A DNA stretch of 55,272 nt, taken from positions 1 to 55,272 of the forward strand of contig CALSSJ010000038.1 in the NCBI GenBank assembly GCA_943788985.1, in the 5' to 3' direction. Below are positions 40,867 to 51,573 of this stretch, in pieces; positions within the stretch are counted from its first letter, which is position 1, and each line of letters opens with the position of its first letter. The stretch comes from an uncultured Lentisphaerales bacterium (GTDB lineage: Bacteria; Verrucomicrobiota; Lentisphaeria; JABSQK01; UBA12247). Under the pieces are notes generated by a model. It saw only the letters and a list, made by a program, of their open reading frames with translations. It was not told where the DNA came from and made no database searches. A program made the position numbers and the translations under genes.

Positions 40867-41573
40867 AGGATGGGCTCGTCGAGATCATCGTCGTCGTCGC
40901 TACTCTTTCCGTCGCCTTCTGAGTCCAAGCGCTCGCGACACTGCTGCAGGTGCTCGACCAGCTGATCGTGGTTTTCCAGCAACAGTTTCTTGATCAGCTT
41001 GAACATTTGCTCGTATTGCTCGTTGGCTCCGACAAACTCGTCAATGATTCCGTAGGCAATATTGACTTCCTGCAGGGCGCGCTTGGCGAAGGCAATGCTC
41101 CCGGCGACGCGGTCGTAACGCCCGTCTGAGACGCTGAGGGCGAGGTAGGACAGCAACCGCCCGAGCGAGAGCAGAACTTTCATGCCCCAGAAGCGATCCT
41201 TCTCTTCGAGCACAGAGGCTAGGATGTTGCACCAGCCCAGAGCGGTCAGTCGGGCGCGCCGATAAACCGGAGATGACTCGAAATACCAGGAATCTCCAGG
41301 CGTAACTCGGTCATCCAGCAGAAACTCTTCCGCCTCTTCGAAGTCTGGGGCGTCATCTTCGAACCATTCATCAAAGAACGGCTCTTCGACTTCGAAAAGC
41401 TGCTGGTCGCCGAGGCGCGCGGAGATCAACTCCTCGGCATCGGGAAGGTCGCCGAAGCGTTCGAGCATGCGGAAGTAGCGCGAGGCAAGGTCATCACTGT
41501 ACTTGAGAGCCTGCTCCCACTCGAACTCATTCCAGCTGCTGCTGTTCTCCCAATCGGGGACATTTTGCTTCAC
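40863..41573 (-). CDS. Acidic helical hypothetical protein
   Basis: 236-aa ORF tightly coupled to cysI and the M28 gene. Confidence 0.75.
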   Translation of the reverse strand: MKQNVPDWENSSSWNEFEWEQALKYSDDLASRYFRMLERFGDLPDAEELISARLGDQQLFEVEEPFFDEWFEDDAPDFEEAEEFLLDDRVTPGDSWYFESSPVYRRARLTALGWCNILASVLEEKDRFWGMKVLLSLGRLLSYLALSVSDGRYDRVAGSIAFAKRALQEVNIAYGIIDEFVGANEQYEQMFKLIKKLLLENHDQLVEHLQQCRERLDSEGDGKSSDDDDDLDEPIL

Positions 41574-41575
41574 GG

Positions 41576-43279
41576 TCAGTCGTGAAAGTTCCGGCCTTCC
41601 AGAACCTCAGCAATAATCCCAACTCGGACGAGGAAGTCACCGAAGTGCTCGCCGTCGTTGCGCTCTTTCGCGAAGCGCTCGAACATGGGGTCCAACTCAT
41701 CAACGATCTGCTGCTCATTGAGGTTTTCTTTATACAACTTGTTCAGCCGCTCGCCTGCAAAGCCCGCACCGAGATACATGTTGTAGCGTCCGAGCGACTT
41801 GCCGGTGAAGGCAATCTCGCCAAGGTAGGGCCGGCCACAACCGTTCGGGCACCCGGTCATGCGAATGGTGATGGGTTCATCACGCAGGCCATGCTTCTCG
41901 AGAGCAGGCTCGATGGCGGTGACCAGATCGGGGAGATAGCGCTCGCTCTCGGACATTGCCAAGGCGCAGGTGTTGAGCCCGACACAGGCCATGGAGTGCA
42001 ACCGCATCTGGCTGGTGACCTGGCGCTCACTGATGCCATACTCATCCATGATGCCCTGCAGCTTCCGCTTGCCAGAGTCCAGGACATTCCCGAAGACGAT
42101 GTGCTGGTTGCCGGTGAGGCAGATGTAGCCTTTGTGAAGCTTGACCATCTCCCGCAACGCGGTGCGCATCTTGTAGTCCTCAGTATCCTGAATACGGCCG
42201 TGCTCGACAAAGACGGTGAGGTGCCATTTTTTGTCAGACTTGACCCAGCCAAAGCGGTCTTCGTTGCTCTCGAAGGTATACGGGCGGGCAGCCTCGAGCT
42301 TCCAACCAAGGCGGTTTTCAACCTCGGCGGTGAACCAATCGAGACCTTTGCGATCGATAGTGTACTTGAGGCGAGCCTGCTTGCGGTTGGTGCGGTCACC
42401 ATGATCGCGCTGCACGCAGACGACCTGCTTGGCCACTTCTGCCACCTGTGCGGGTGTGCAAAAACCAATCACGCTGCCGAGACGGGGATAGGTCTCGTTC
42501 ATGTTGTAGGTAGCCCCCATGCCGCCGCCGATCGAGACGTTGTAGCCGACGACCTTCTTCTTCTCGACAATGGCGATCAGGCCGAGGTCGTTCGCAAAGA
42601 CATCGACATCGTTCGATGGGGGAATGGCAATGGCGATCTTGAACTTACGCGGCAGATAGGTCTTGCCGTAGATAGGTTCGTGATCTGGCTCCTGCGCGCT
42701 CGTGTCCTGGATCTTCTCGCCATCCAACCACAGCTCAAAATAGGCGCTGGTGGCTGGGGTCAGCAGCTCTGAAATCTCGCGACTGACCTGCTGGACGGCG
42801 TTGAGAGCTCGGGTGCCGTGGGCCGGGTCTACGGTGGCCATGACATTGCGGTTTACGTCGCCACAAGCTGCGATGGTGTCGAGCAACGTCTCGTTGATCC
42901 CAGCAATGCTGCCTTTGAGGTCGCGCTTAATGATGCCGTGCAGCTGAAAGGCTTGCCGCGTGGTCAGCTTGATGGTGCCGTTTGCGTGGCTGTCTGCCAA
43001 GGCGTCCATGCCGAGGTACTGCTCCGGAGTGCAACGACCGCCGGGTACGCGGACACGGACCATGAAGATGTAGTGTGGCTCGAGCTTGGAGCGCTGCCGC
43101 TCTTTGCGCAGGTCACGATCATCCTGCTGATAAATGCCGTGAAACTTGGTCAGCTGGGTATCATCATCTGGCAATGCGCCAGTGATAGGATCCGCCAGGC
43201 CTTCCTTGATAGTGCCACGCAGGTAGTTGCTGGCGTCCTTAATTAGTTCAACCTCAGAGAGGTTCGCTGTCTCGCTCAT
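41576..43279 (-). CDS. cysI: Assimilatory sulfite reductase, hemoprotein subunit
   Basis: KFHGIYQQDDRD, TTRQAFQLH, ACGDVNRN, YLPRKFK, ACVGLNTC and TGCPNGC. Confidence 0.96.
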   Translation of the reverse strand: MSETANLSEVELIKDASNYLRGTIKEGLADPITGALPDDDTQLTKFHGIYQQDDRDLRKERQRSKLEPHYIFMVRVRVPGGRCTPEQYLGMDALADSHANGTIKLTTRQAFQLHGIIKRDLKGSIAGINETLLDTIAACGDVNRNVMATVDPAHGTRALNAVQQVSREISELLTPATSAYFELWLDGEKIQDTSAQEPDHEPIYGKTYLPRKFKIAIAIPPSNDVDVFANDLGLIAIVEKKKVVGYNVSIGGGMGATYNMNETYPRLGSVIGFCTPAQVAEVAKQVVCVQRDHGDRTNRKQARLKYTIDRKGLDWFTAEVENRLGWKLEAARPYTFESNEDRFGWVKSDKKWHLTVFVEHGRIQDTEDYKMRTALREMVKLHKGYICLTGNQHIVFGNVLDSGKRKLQGIMDEYGISERQVTSQMRLHSMACVGLNTCALAMSESERYLPDLVTAIEPALEKHGLRDEPITIRMTGCPNGCGRPYLGEIAFTGKSLGRYNMYLGAGFAGERLNKLYKENLNEQQIVDELDPMFERFAKERNDGEHFGDFLVRVGIIAEVLEGRNFHD

Positions 43280-43320
43280 GCTTGGTGCGCTCCGCGGATC
43301 ATATGTGAAATTGGTAAGAC

Positions 43321-45105
43321 TTAGTAGACGTCGCGCTGATAGCGCTTGTCACGCTGCAGATTTTTGACGTGTTCTTCAGCTGCGTCGACGGCCATTCCAC
43401 CGTGTTTGGCGACAATGTCGACCAGCGTATTATGGACGTCATGCGCCATGTTTCCTTCATCGCCACAGACGTAGAAGTAGGCACCTTCTTGGAGCCAAGC
43501 ATAGAGCTGGGCTGCGTGTTCCTGCATGCGATGTTGGACGTAGATCTTGTGATCCTGATCACGAGAAAAGGCGACGTCCATTTGGCTCAGCAGGCCGCTT
43601 TTGAGGAAGCGCTGCCACTCAAGCTGATAGAGGAAGTCGGTGGTAGCATGCTGGTCGCCGAAAAACAGCCAGTTATCGCCTGCAGCACCGTCGGCTTCAC
43701 GATCTTGGAGGAAGGCGCGGAAGGGGGCAATCCCGGTGCCGGGCCCGACCATGATCATTTTAGCCGAAGGATCCGCAGGGAGTCGGAAATTCTTATTGGC
43801 GTGGACATAGGTCGGGAGGCGGTCGCCAATGTCAACGCGATCGGCCAGGAAGGTCGAGCAGACGCCGAGACGCTCACGGCTGTGGCTGCAATAGCGCACG
43901 GCGCCCACAGTCAGGTGCACTTCTTCCTCGTATGCCTTCAGGCTGGAAGCCACGGAGAACAATCTCGGGGCCAATTTACGCAAGCAGCCGACCAGGTCGG
44001 CGGGCGCGAGTCCAGAGACGGGAAACTCGGTGACGATGTCGATGACTTCGCGGCCGTAGATGTAATCCATGAGTTCGCTACGCTTCTCGGCTTGCAGCAA
44101 GTCGGTGAGCGTGTCGGACTGGGCGAAAGCGTTGTACTTCTCGAGGACCTGCGGACTCAGGCTGGTAATATCATACGTGAGCTTGAGCGCGTCGCTGACG
44201 GGACTGCCGTCCGCGTCTTCCGTGCCAGACCAGCCCATGGCGCCTTGCAACGCTTCGACCACTACGTTGCTGTTCTGGGAGACAACGCCGATGCTGTCGC
44301 CAGGCGTATGACTGAGGCCGCTGTCTTCGAGCGAGAGCTCAATGTGGTACACTTCCTTATGGGAGCCGCGGCCGTTCAGCAGAATGCGCTCAGAAAGCTC
44401 CGCGGGAAATGGGTTCTTCTTATCGTACTGGGTCGAAGCTGGGATTGCACTAAGAGCAGAGACCGGGGCCGGTGCCGCAGCGGCGACCTCAGCAGCGATC
44501 TTCTCGGACAGCGTGGTTACCCACTCAGCAGCCTGGTCGTCATAGTCGACGTCGCAGTCCACACGATCGAGCAAACGCGTCCCGCCCAATGCCTCGAAGC
44601 GAGAGTCGAAATCTGCGCCAAGCTTACAGAAGAATTCATACGTGCTGTCGCCAAGGCCGAAGACAGCGAACTTCGCATCGGCCATTTTGGCAGCGCGGTC
44701 GCCCATGACGGCGTTGTAAAAGTCCTCGCCAGTATCCGGCGGCTCGCCTTCGCCGTAGGTGCTTGCGATCAGCGCAAGGTAACCAACGGACTTCAGCTTC
44801 TTGGCTGAAAACTCCGCGACATCAGACAGGACCACCGGGATGGAATGTGCCTTCAGAGCTGCAGCCAGATCATTGGCGACGCCTTCGGCATTCCCGGTCT
44901 GGGTCATGTACAGAATAGTGACGGATGGAACGGCTACAGCAGGGGCGATTGCTGCCTGTTGGGCAGAACCCACTGCGCCGCCAGCGCCGATACCGGTAAG
45001 ATAGCCGCCAAGCCAAGCGACTTGTGACGGGGCAAGCTCGGACACCAATTGTTCCAAGCGAGCAATCTGATCTGCCGATAACGGCAGTAGCGAAGAACTA
45101 CTCAT
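43321..45105 (-). CDS. cysJ: Assimilatory sulfite reductase, flavoprotein subunit
   Basis: TQTGNA, STYGEGEPP, GLGDSTY, RLFSVASS, GPGTGIAPFR and RYQRDVY. Confidence 0.96.
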   Translation of the reverse strand: MSSSSLLPLSADQIARLEQLVSELAPSQVAWLGGYLTGIGAGGAVGSAQQAAIAPAVAVPSVTILYMTQTGNAEGVANDLAAALKAHSIPVVLSDVAEFSAKKLKSVGYLALIASTYGEGEPPDTGEDFYNAVMGDRAAKMADAKFAVFGLGDSTYEFFCKLGADFDSRFEALGGTRLLDRVDCDVDYDDQAAEWVTTLSEKIAAEVAAAAPAPVSALSAIPASTQYDKKNPFPAELSERILLNGRGSHKEVYHIELSLEDSGLSHTPGDSIGVVSQNSNVVVEALQGAMGWSGTEDADGSPVSDALKLTYDITSLSPQVLEKYNAFAQSDTLTDLLQAEKRSELMDYIYGREVIDIVTEFPVSGLAPADLVGCLRKLAPRLFSVASSLKAYEEEVHLTVGAVRYCSHSRERLGVCSTFLADRVDIGDRLPTYVHANKNFRLPADPSAKMIMVGPGTGIAPFRAFLQDREADGAAGDNWLFFGDQHATTDFLYQLEWQRFLKSGLLSQMDVAFSRDQDHKIYVQHRMQEHAAQLYAWLQEGAYFYVCGDEGNMAHDVHNTLVDIVAKHGGMAVDAAEEHVKNLQRDKRYQRDVY

Positions 45106-45499
45106 ATACGTTTGCAGCGCAACGTGGCGCCGATCTCCTCTAAACATCCGACAACGATAGGTTCCCGCCGATACGGCCGGGGAAGCCCGGTACTATGGAA
45201 AGCTCTTGCTCGATTTCAATGTATCCACGGGGCTTTCCCGTGACAGACGCGACCAGAATCGCGAAAAATGCTGAGATTTCTCAATAAATGCGGGGCGCTT
45301 CAGCCCAAAACGGCTATCTGTCCCCACTCCATCAATTGCCAGCTATGCTGCTACCGACTCCACCTGACGAACAAGAAAGCCCGTCCCTCCTGAATATCGA
45401 CCGTCGGGGAAAGTCGCTTGGCATCGCTTCTTGCCGTGGCTGGGCCGCGCTTGCCGGCCTTCTCTGGGCCACGGGGTTTGGGATCGGACTAGCAGTCTG

Positions 45500-45640
45500 T
45501 GTTGGGCCCCACATTTGGGGGGTCATTCCTGAAATCTGCTGCATCATCAGCTTGACTTTGCCTGCGTCCTCGCGGCGCTGGAGATGCTTTACTGCAATAA
45601 GAAAGGCTACGACGTCGTCTTCATTTTCAACGGTTTTTCG
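45500..45640 (-). pseudogene. DUF1801-like N-terminal fragment
   Basis: KTVENEDDVVAFLIAVKHLQRREDA...MQQISGMTPQMWGP; similarity stops after this. Confidence 0.45.
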
Positions 45641-45671
45641 CGTCGCTATCAGGATCGCCGCCAGCTGGTTT

Positions 45672-46056
45672 TCACGCGGACTCCAGCATCCCAGTGATCG
45701 CGTTCGATAGCTCCTTAAGCCGGTACGGCTTGGCTAGGAAACCACGGCACCCGTCAATCAACAGCTGTTGGATTAGTTTCCGGTCCGACGAACCACTGAC
45801 TCCCAGCGTCTGTGCCTTTGGGTCGATCTCTCGGATCTGGCGTTACACCTCCGCCCCGGAAATTCCCGGCAACACCAGATCCAGCAGGATCTCATCGATC
45901 TTCTCGGCGTTCTCGCGATACGCACGCCCTGCTCGCCGGTCGCCGCCTCGTACACGTTCATCCCAGTTGCCATCAACTGTAGAGACACGACCTAGCGCAT
46001 GAGGTCATCATCCTCGATAGCAAGTAAGGTGGGAGTGTGAGCGAGTTTAAGGCCAT
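45672..46056 (-). CDS. Single-domain response regulator receiver, multiple frameshifts
   Basis: Joined frames give LAIEDDDLMR, EAATGEQG, ILLDLVLPGISG, VSG and FLAKPY. Confidence 0.65.
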
Positions 46057-46216
46057 GTCGAAACATGCAGCTCTACCAAATCACGCAGCCACACTGGAAG
46101 CACAGCTACAAAAATACAATCGCAACAAATAAATTGGTCAAGTTTCTCGAATCTGTGACATTGACCCGAGCCACCGAAGAATGCAACGGTACCCGCAGAG
46201 GCACGCAGGAAGACCA

Positions 46217-46807
46217 ATGGCCAAACTAACCGATGATGAATTCGTAGCACTGCTCGACCGCTATCGCGCTGAGTTGTTTCGCTATGTGGCGCGCAATGTC
46301 TGGAATGACAGCGTGATCGAGGACGTCTTCTCTTCCGCGGTGCTAGCGGCCTACAAGCAACTCGACAAGTTTGAGGCTGGCACCAATTTTCGTGCCTGGA
46401 TGTACCGGATCGTGACCAACAAATGCTACGTGGCAAACCGCGAATTCAAGCGGATGTCCATCGATATCGAATCCGTCGATGAGTCGCATTTCGCAGTTCA
46501 GCCTGAACTGGAGCGCCGCATGCTCGATGATCCGGAATGGTTCCTAGAAGCATGCAGCGACGAGTTACACCGCGCAATGCGCCAGCTTAGCACCAACGAG
46601 CGATCCTGCTTTCTGCTGCTAACCATTGCCAAGTGCTCCTACAAGGAAATCGCCGGAATTCTCGAGATTCCGGTCGGAACAGTCATGACACATCTCGCAC
46701 GAGGCCGCAAACGCATGCGCCGACTCCTTGCGGAGTACGCACAGGCAGGAGGAATTATCAAAAATGTGAAAAGTGGCGTGAAACCAGCATGTCAGAGGAG
46801 CGCATAA
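46217..46807 (+). CDS. ECF sigma-70 factor
   Basis: FRAWMYRIVTN (region 2) and SYKEIAGILEIPVGTVMTHLARGRKRM (region 4). Confidence 0.92.
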   Translation: MAKLTDDEFVALLDRYRAELFRYVARNVWNDSVIEDVFSSAVLAAYKQLDKFEAGTNFRAWMYRIVTNKCYVANREFKRMSIDIESVDESHFAVQPELERRMLDDPEWFLEACSDELHRAMRQLSTNERSCFLLLTIAKCSYKEIAGILEIPVGTVMTHLARGRKRMRRLLAEYAQAGGIIKNVKSGVKPACQRSA

Positions 46808-47499
46808 TGGCGACAGATAAAGACTTGCTGCGTCAAGCCTACATGGATGGCGAACTTTCCGTAGAAGAGATCATTCGCTTCGAATCGGAGCGCAGTGAGG
46901 AAGAATTCCGCGCGCTCCAAGCCGAGCAGGCCTTCGAAAGCGTCCTGATCGAAAAACTCGAAGCAGATTGCGCCTGCCCCGATGAGCTCTGGCAAGATAT
47001 TCAGAATCGAATCGCAGCCTCCCAGCGCCAGCCCCAGACACGTCGACTGGTGCTCTGGCTTGCCGCGCTCGCCGCAGTGGTCACGATTGTCGCTGGCCTG
47101 CTTCCAGGCGGGAACGCTAGATCCCTGCTGTTTCACTCTGAGCTGGCAGCGGTCAAGGACCGTATAGAGGTGCCGGGTGACTGGCAAAAGATTCGCAGCA
47201 GTTTGACCGAGCACGGGTTTCATCTCGCACTTACCGAGCCAGGCACTGACGCATACCACAAGATCGAGCTATACGGCCTGCTCTACCACGACCTTGCCGG
47301 TGAACAGGTCGCTGAAGTCTGCTTCACCTGCTGCGGTGAGCCCATCAGCGTCTATCTATCCAAGGACCAAGATGTGGATCTGACGCAGCTCGTGGACTTC
47401 CCTGCTTCGACCTTCCGGCACTCCAGTCCCATTGATAAGTATCAGGTTCTCGCCGTCGGCGGGCATTCGCCCACCGAGATTCTCAGCCTCTTTTCCTGA
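46807..47499 (+). CDS. Putative membrane anti-sigma factor
   Basis: ATG overlaps the sigma stop; AYMDGELS N-terminal motif; single TM helix; CFTCC in the extracytoplasmic part. Confidence 0.7.
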   Translation: MATDKDLLRQAYMDGELSVEEIIRFESERSEEEFRALQAEQAFESVLIEKLEADCACPDELWQDIQNRIAASQRQPQTRRLVLWLAALAAVVTIVAGLLPGGNARSLLFHSELAAVKDRIEVPGDWQKIRSSLTEHGFHLALTEPGTDAYHKIELYGLLYHDLAGEQVAEVCFTCCGEPISVYLSKDQDVDLTQLVDFPASTFRHSSPIDKYQVLAVGGHSPTEILSLFS

Positions 47500-47589
47500 G
47501 CATCGTCCGCCAGAGCACTGTACGATAGCCGGGCGAACTGCTACGTTTCCCTGTCCCCCACACACACTTCAATTCATCGGACATACCTG

Positions 47590-49837
47590 ATGACTACGCA
47601 TCGCGACTCGCGTCGCAGCACCCAGCTGCCTACCTCCATGTGCGTTGCCATCGCCATGGTGTCCGGTATCCTTATCTCTATCGCCGAAGAACCCAAGGCC
47701 CCCATGTCCACTACTGCTTCCAAGCCAGCTTTCACCAATCATCTCGCTCAAGAAACCAGCCCTTATCTCCTCCAGCACAAGAATAATCCTGTGGACTGGT
47801 ATCCGTGGGGCCCCGAGGCCCTCGGCAAGGCCCGCAGCGAGCAGAAGCCGATCTTCCTCTCGATCGGCTACGCAGCCTGCCACTGGTGCCATGTCATGGA
47901 GCACGAGTCCTTTGAAGATGAGCAGGTCGCAGCCATTCTCAACGAGCACTTCATCTCCATCAAAGTCGATCGCGAAGAGCGTCCCGATCTCGATGACATC
48001 TACATGACCACCGTACAGATGCTCACCGGCAGCGGTGGTTGGCCCATGACCGTCTTTCTCACCCCCGATGGCAAGCCCTTCTTCGGTGGCACCTATTTCC
48101 CGAAAGAAGACCGCTGGGGTAAGCCCGGTTTTCTCTCGCTGTTATCCCAGATCCAGAATGGCTGGGAGAGCCAGCGTGACCGGATCCTCCAGAGCTCCTC
48201 CGAGATCACCGTTGCGCTTCGTCGCAGCCAGGAGACACAGGCCCAAGACACCGGCATGCCTCTACCGAGCGTTCTCACAGCGGCCGCTAAATCCCTCGAC
48301 GGCGCCTACGATAAGGATGACGGCGGCTGGGGCAATGCCCCAAAATTCCCCCCCTCCCCTACCCTGCTCTTTTTGCTGCGGCATCACCGCCTTACCGGCG
48401 ACCAGTCCGCCTTGGACATGGCTACGTTCACCCTGGATCGCATGGCTTGGGGCGGGATGTATGACCAGATTGGCGGCGGCTTTCATCGCTACTCTGTCGA
48501 CGCCGAGTGGCTCGTTCCCCACTTCGAAAAGATGCTATACGACAATGCCCAACTCTGCAGCGTCTATACCGAAGCTTATCGCGCCACCAGAAACCCATTC
48601 TACAAGCGCATTGCCACAGACATCCTCGGCTACGTCGCCCGCGAACTCACCGACGAGAACGGTGGCTTCTATTCCAGCGAAGATGCCGATAGCGAGGGCG
48701 AAGAAGGAAAGTTCTACGTCTGGGACCACAGCGAACTCCACAGCCTCCTGAGTCCGCAAGACGCAGAGTTTTTCAACGCCGTTTACGCAATCAAGGCCAA
48801 GGGAAACTTTAGCTCCCACGAGCATTACCATCGTGGCAAGAACATCCCCCACCTTACCAAAGCGCCTGCCGAGTTCGCAGCCCAGTTTGAGCTGACCGAG
48901 CCCGTGTTTCTGGGAGCGCTTGGACGGGCTACGCGCCCAGCTCTTGCAAGAGCGTGACAAGCGCGTACACCCCGGTTTGGATGATAAGATTCTCTCCGCT
49001 TGGAACGGCCTGATGATCTCAGCCGCTGCCGACGCCGGAGTCGCCTTCGACGCGCCGGAGTACACCGCCATGGCCCAAAAGGCGGCAAACTTCGTGCTCA
49101 CCGAGATGCGGGAAGATGGCAATTTGCTGCGCACCCACCGCAACGGCAACTCACATATCCCGGCCTATCTCGATGACTACATCTTCATGATCGGTGGGCT
49201 GCTCGACCTCTACGAAGCAGACTTTGACATCCGCTGGCTTGGCGAAGCCGAGGCACTCGCAGACCGCCTGGTCCGTGACTATTGGGACGAAACCCACGGT
49301 GGGTTCTACTTCGCCCTAGGCGGCCCAGGAAGACCTGATCATCCGCATGAAGCCAAACTACGATGGTGCCATCCCCTCTGGGAACTCAATGGCCGCTCTC
49401 GTTCTACCCCGTCTCGGCATGCTAATTGGCCGCGAGGACCTCCAGCAGCGAGGCTACACCATCCTCAAGCAGGCAAACTCCGGGCTCGCCGCAAATCCCC
49501 GCGCCGCAATGGTCCAGATCCTCGCGGCGCAGGCTTTGCTCCAGCCAGGCCCCTGAGATTGCCATCGTCGGTGCGAACTCCGCAGAAACCAACGCACTGC
49601 TTGCCGCTGCCCGGCTCGACTACATACCGAACGCCCTGTTTGCCCGTCTCGACCCGGCTGCGGACTCCTCAGCAGCGGCGCAGAAGCAGATTCCCCTCCT
49701 AAAAGACAAAAGTGCGATCGGTGGCAAAAGCACCGCCCTTCGTCTGTCGCAACTTCGCCTGCCAGCGCCCGGTCCATACCGCCAGCGAATTGGCAGACCA
49801 ACTCAAAGCATTAACCAACCAGCGGAGCCCCAAGTGA
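47590..49837 (+). CDS. Thioredoxin domain-containing protein, YyaL/SPATA20 (DUF255) family; frameshifted
   Basis: [56 protein letters not shown] and VCRNFAC. Confidence 0.9.
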
Positions 49838-50897
49838 GTAGCGCAGAGACCATCCACAAGAACGTTCAGCAGTACTACGGCGAAACCCTCAGCACCAACG
49901 CCGATCTGCAGACCACAGCCTGTTGTGTGCCGGACGCCATCCCCAAGCAGCATAAAGAGATTCTGGCCAAGATTCACGACGACATCCTTTCCAAGTTCTA
50001 CGGCTGCGGCTCGCCGCTGCCAGCTGCTCTCGATGGCTGCACAATCCTCGATCTTGGCTGCGGCACGGGCCGCGATGTCTTTCTCGCCGCGGCTCTCGCC
50101 GGGGCCCCGAGTCACACGTCATTGGCATCGACATGACCGACGAGCAGTTGGAAGTTGCCAGACGTCATCACAAGCCGCAGTGCGCCGCACTTGGTATTCC
50201 AGCCTCGACCGTAGAGTTCCGCAAAGGCATCATCGAGGACCTAGCCGCCAGCGACATTGCCGACAACTCCGTGGACGTCGTCATCTCCAACTGCGTCATC
50301 AACCTGGCCAGCTGTAAAGAAACCGTCTTTCGTGAGATTTTCCGCGTGCTCAAGCCCGGTGGCGAGCTCTATTTCTCCGACGTCTACGCAGATCGTCGCA
50401 TCCCGCAGGCCTTGATTGACGACCCAATCCTGCATGGCGAGTGCCTCGGTGGCGCCCTCTATGACGAAGACTTTCGCCGTATTCTAAGCCGGCTGGGCTG
50501 CCCCGACTCCCGTGTCGTCTCCTCCTCGCCGATCGCGATGACCAATCCTGCCGTCGAAGCTCTTACTGGCGACATCCAATTCTTCTCACGCACCATCCGC
50601 GCCTTCAAGCTCGCCAGCCTCGAGGACCGCTGTGAAGATTTTGGCCAGGCCGCCCGCTATAAAGGTGGCATTTCCAATTCTCCGCACGGCGTTGAACTCG
50701 ATGACCACCACTATTTCTGCAAGGGTAAATTCGAACTGGTCTGTGGCAACACCGCCGCCATGCTCCAAGAGACGCGCTTCGGCCCCTACTTCGAAATTGT
50801 CGGTGATCACTCCACCCACTACGGCATTTTTGGTGGCTGCGGTGAGACCATCATCACGGAAGCCGACCTAGGCGGCGACGGCGGCGGCTGCTGCTGA
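49834..50897 (+). CDS. arsM: Arsenite methyltransferase-like SAM-dependent methyltransferase (frameshift near 50110)
   Basis: YYG...TTACC, FYGCGSP, LDLGCGTGRD, VISNCVINL, GECLGGALY, EDRCED and VCGNT; C-terminal GCC. Confidence 0.72.
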
Positions 50898-50898
50898 A

Positions 50899-51558
50899 AT
50901 GGGCCACCACCGTGTACAGGAACTGCGACGGCATGGTCCGGACGTCTACGAACTCGTGCTCGAGCGCAACGACCTCGCCTTTGAGATAGGCGATTGCCTG
51001 GCACTGCACAACGAGGCAGCTGCGCAATCACGCCCGTACTCCATTGCCTCTGGCCAAGATGAAGACAGCCTGCGCTTCGTCATCCGGCGCATGGTCGGCG
51101 GAGTCGTTAGTCCCCACCTTTGCGAACTCCGCAACGGTGACTCGGTAAAAGTAAACCCGCCGTTTGGCTGGTTTCGCCCTGGTGCCTGTGGCGAGAACGC
51201 GCCCTTCGTCTTCATCGCCACCGGCACGGGCATTGCGCCCTTTCTCTCCTATTTGCGAACTCCGCAACGCCCGGCCCCTGTGCGCTGTCTTTACGGCGTC
51301 CGCGCGCTGCATGATGTCGTCGAGCGCGACTGGCTCGCCTCCCAATGCGAACTCGGGCTGGCCATCTCCAGAGAAGACAGCCCCGGCGTCCATCGCGGAC
51401 GCGTCACCGAGCTCTTGTCCGACCTGCCAGAGACGCCCGATCTGCACGTCTACCTCTGCGGATTGGACACCATGATCGACGAAGTCTCCGACTGGTTCGA
51501 GAACCGCGGTCTCCATCATACTCAGATCCACCGCGAAGTCTTCTTCCACTCAGCCTGA
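50899..51558 (+). CDS. FNR-like FAD/NAD(P)H oxidoreductase
   Basis: RPYSIAS, GGVVSP, ATGTGIAPF, YLCG and EVF. Confidence 0.88.
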   Translation: MGHHRVQELRRHGPDVYELVLERNDLAFEIGDCLALHNEAAAQSRPYSIASGQDEDSLRFVIRRMVGGVVSPHLCELRNGDSVKVNPPFGWFRPGACGENAPFVFIATGTGIAPFLSYLRTPQRPAPVRCLYGVRALHDVVERDWLASQCELGLAISREDSPGVHRGRVTELLSDLPETPDLHVYLCGLDTMIDEVSDWFENRGLHHTQIHREVFFHSA

Positions 51559-51573
51559 TTCCGAGTTTTCCCT

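Noticed and set aside
50880..50910. Selenocysteine read-through at TGC-TGC-TGA in the arsM-like gene
   Set aside because: The next gene starts 1 bp later, no SECIS-like hairpin is evident, and terminal CC is normal for the family.
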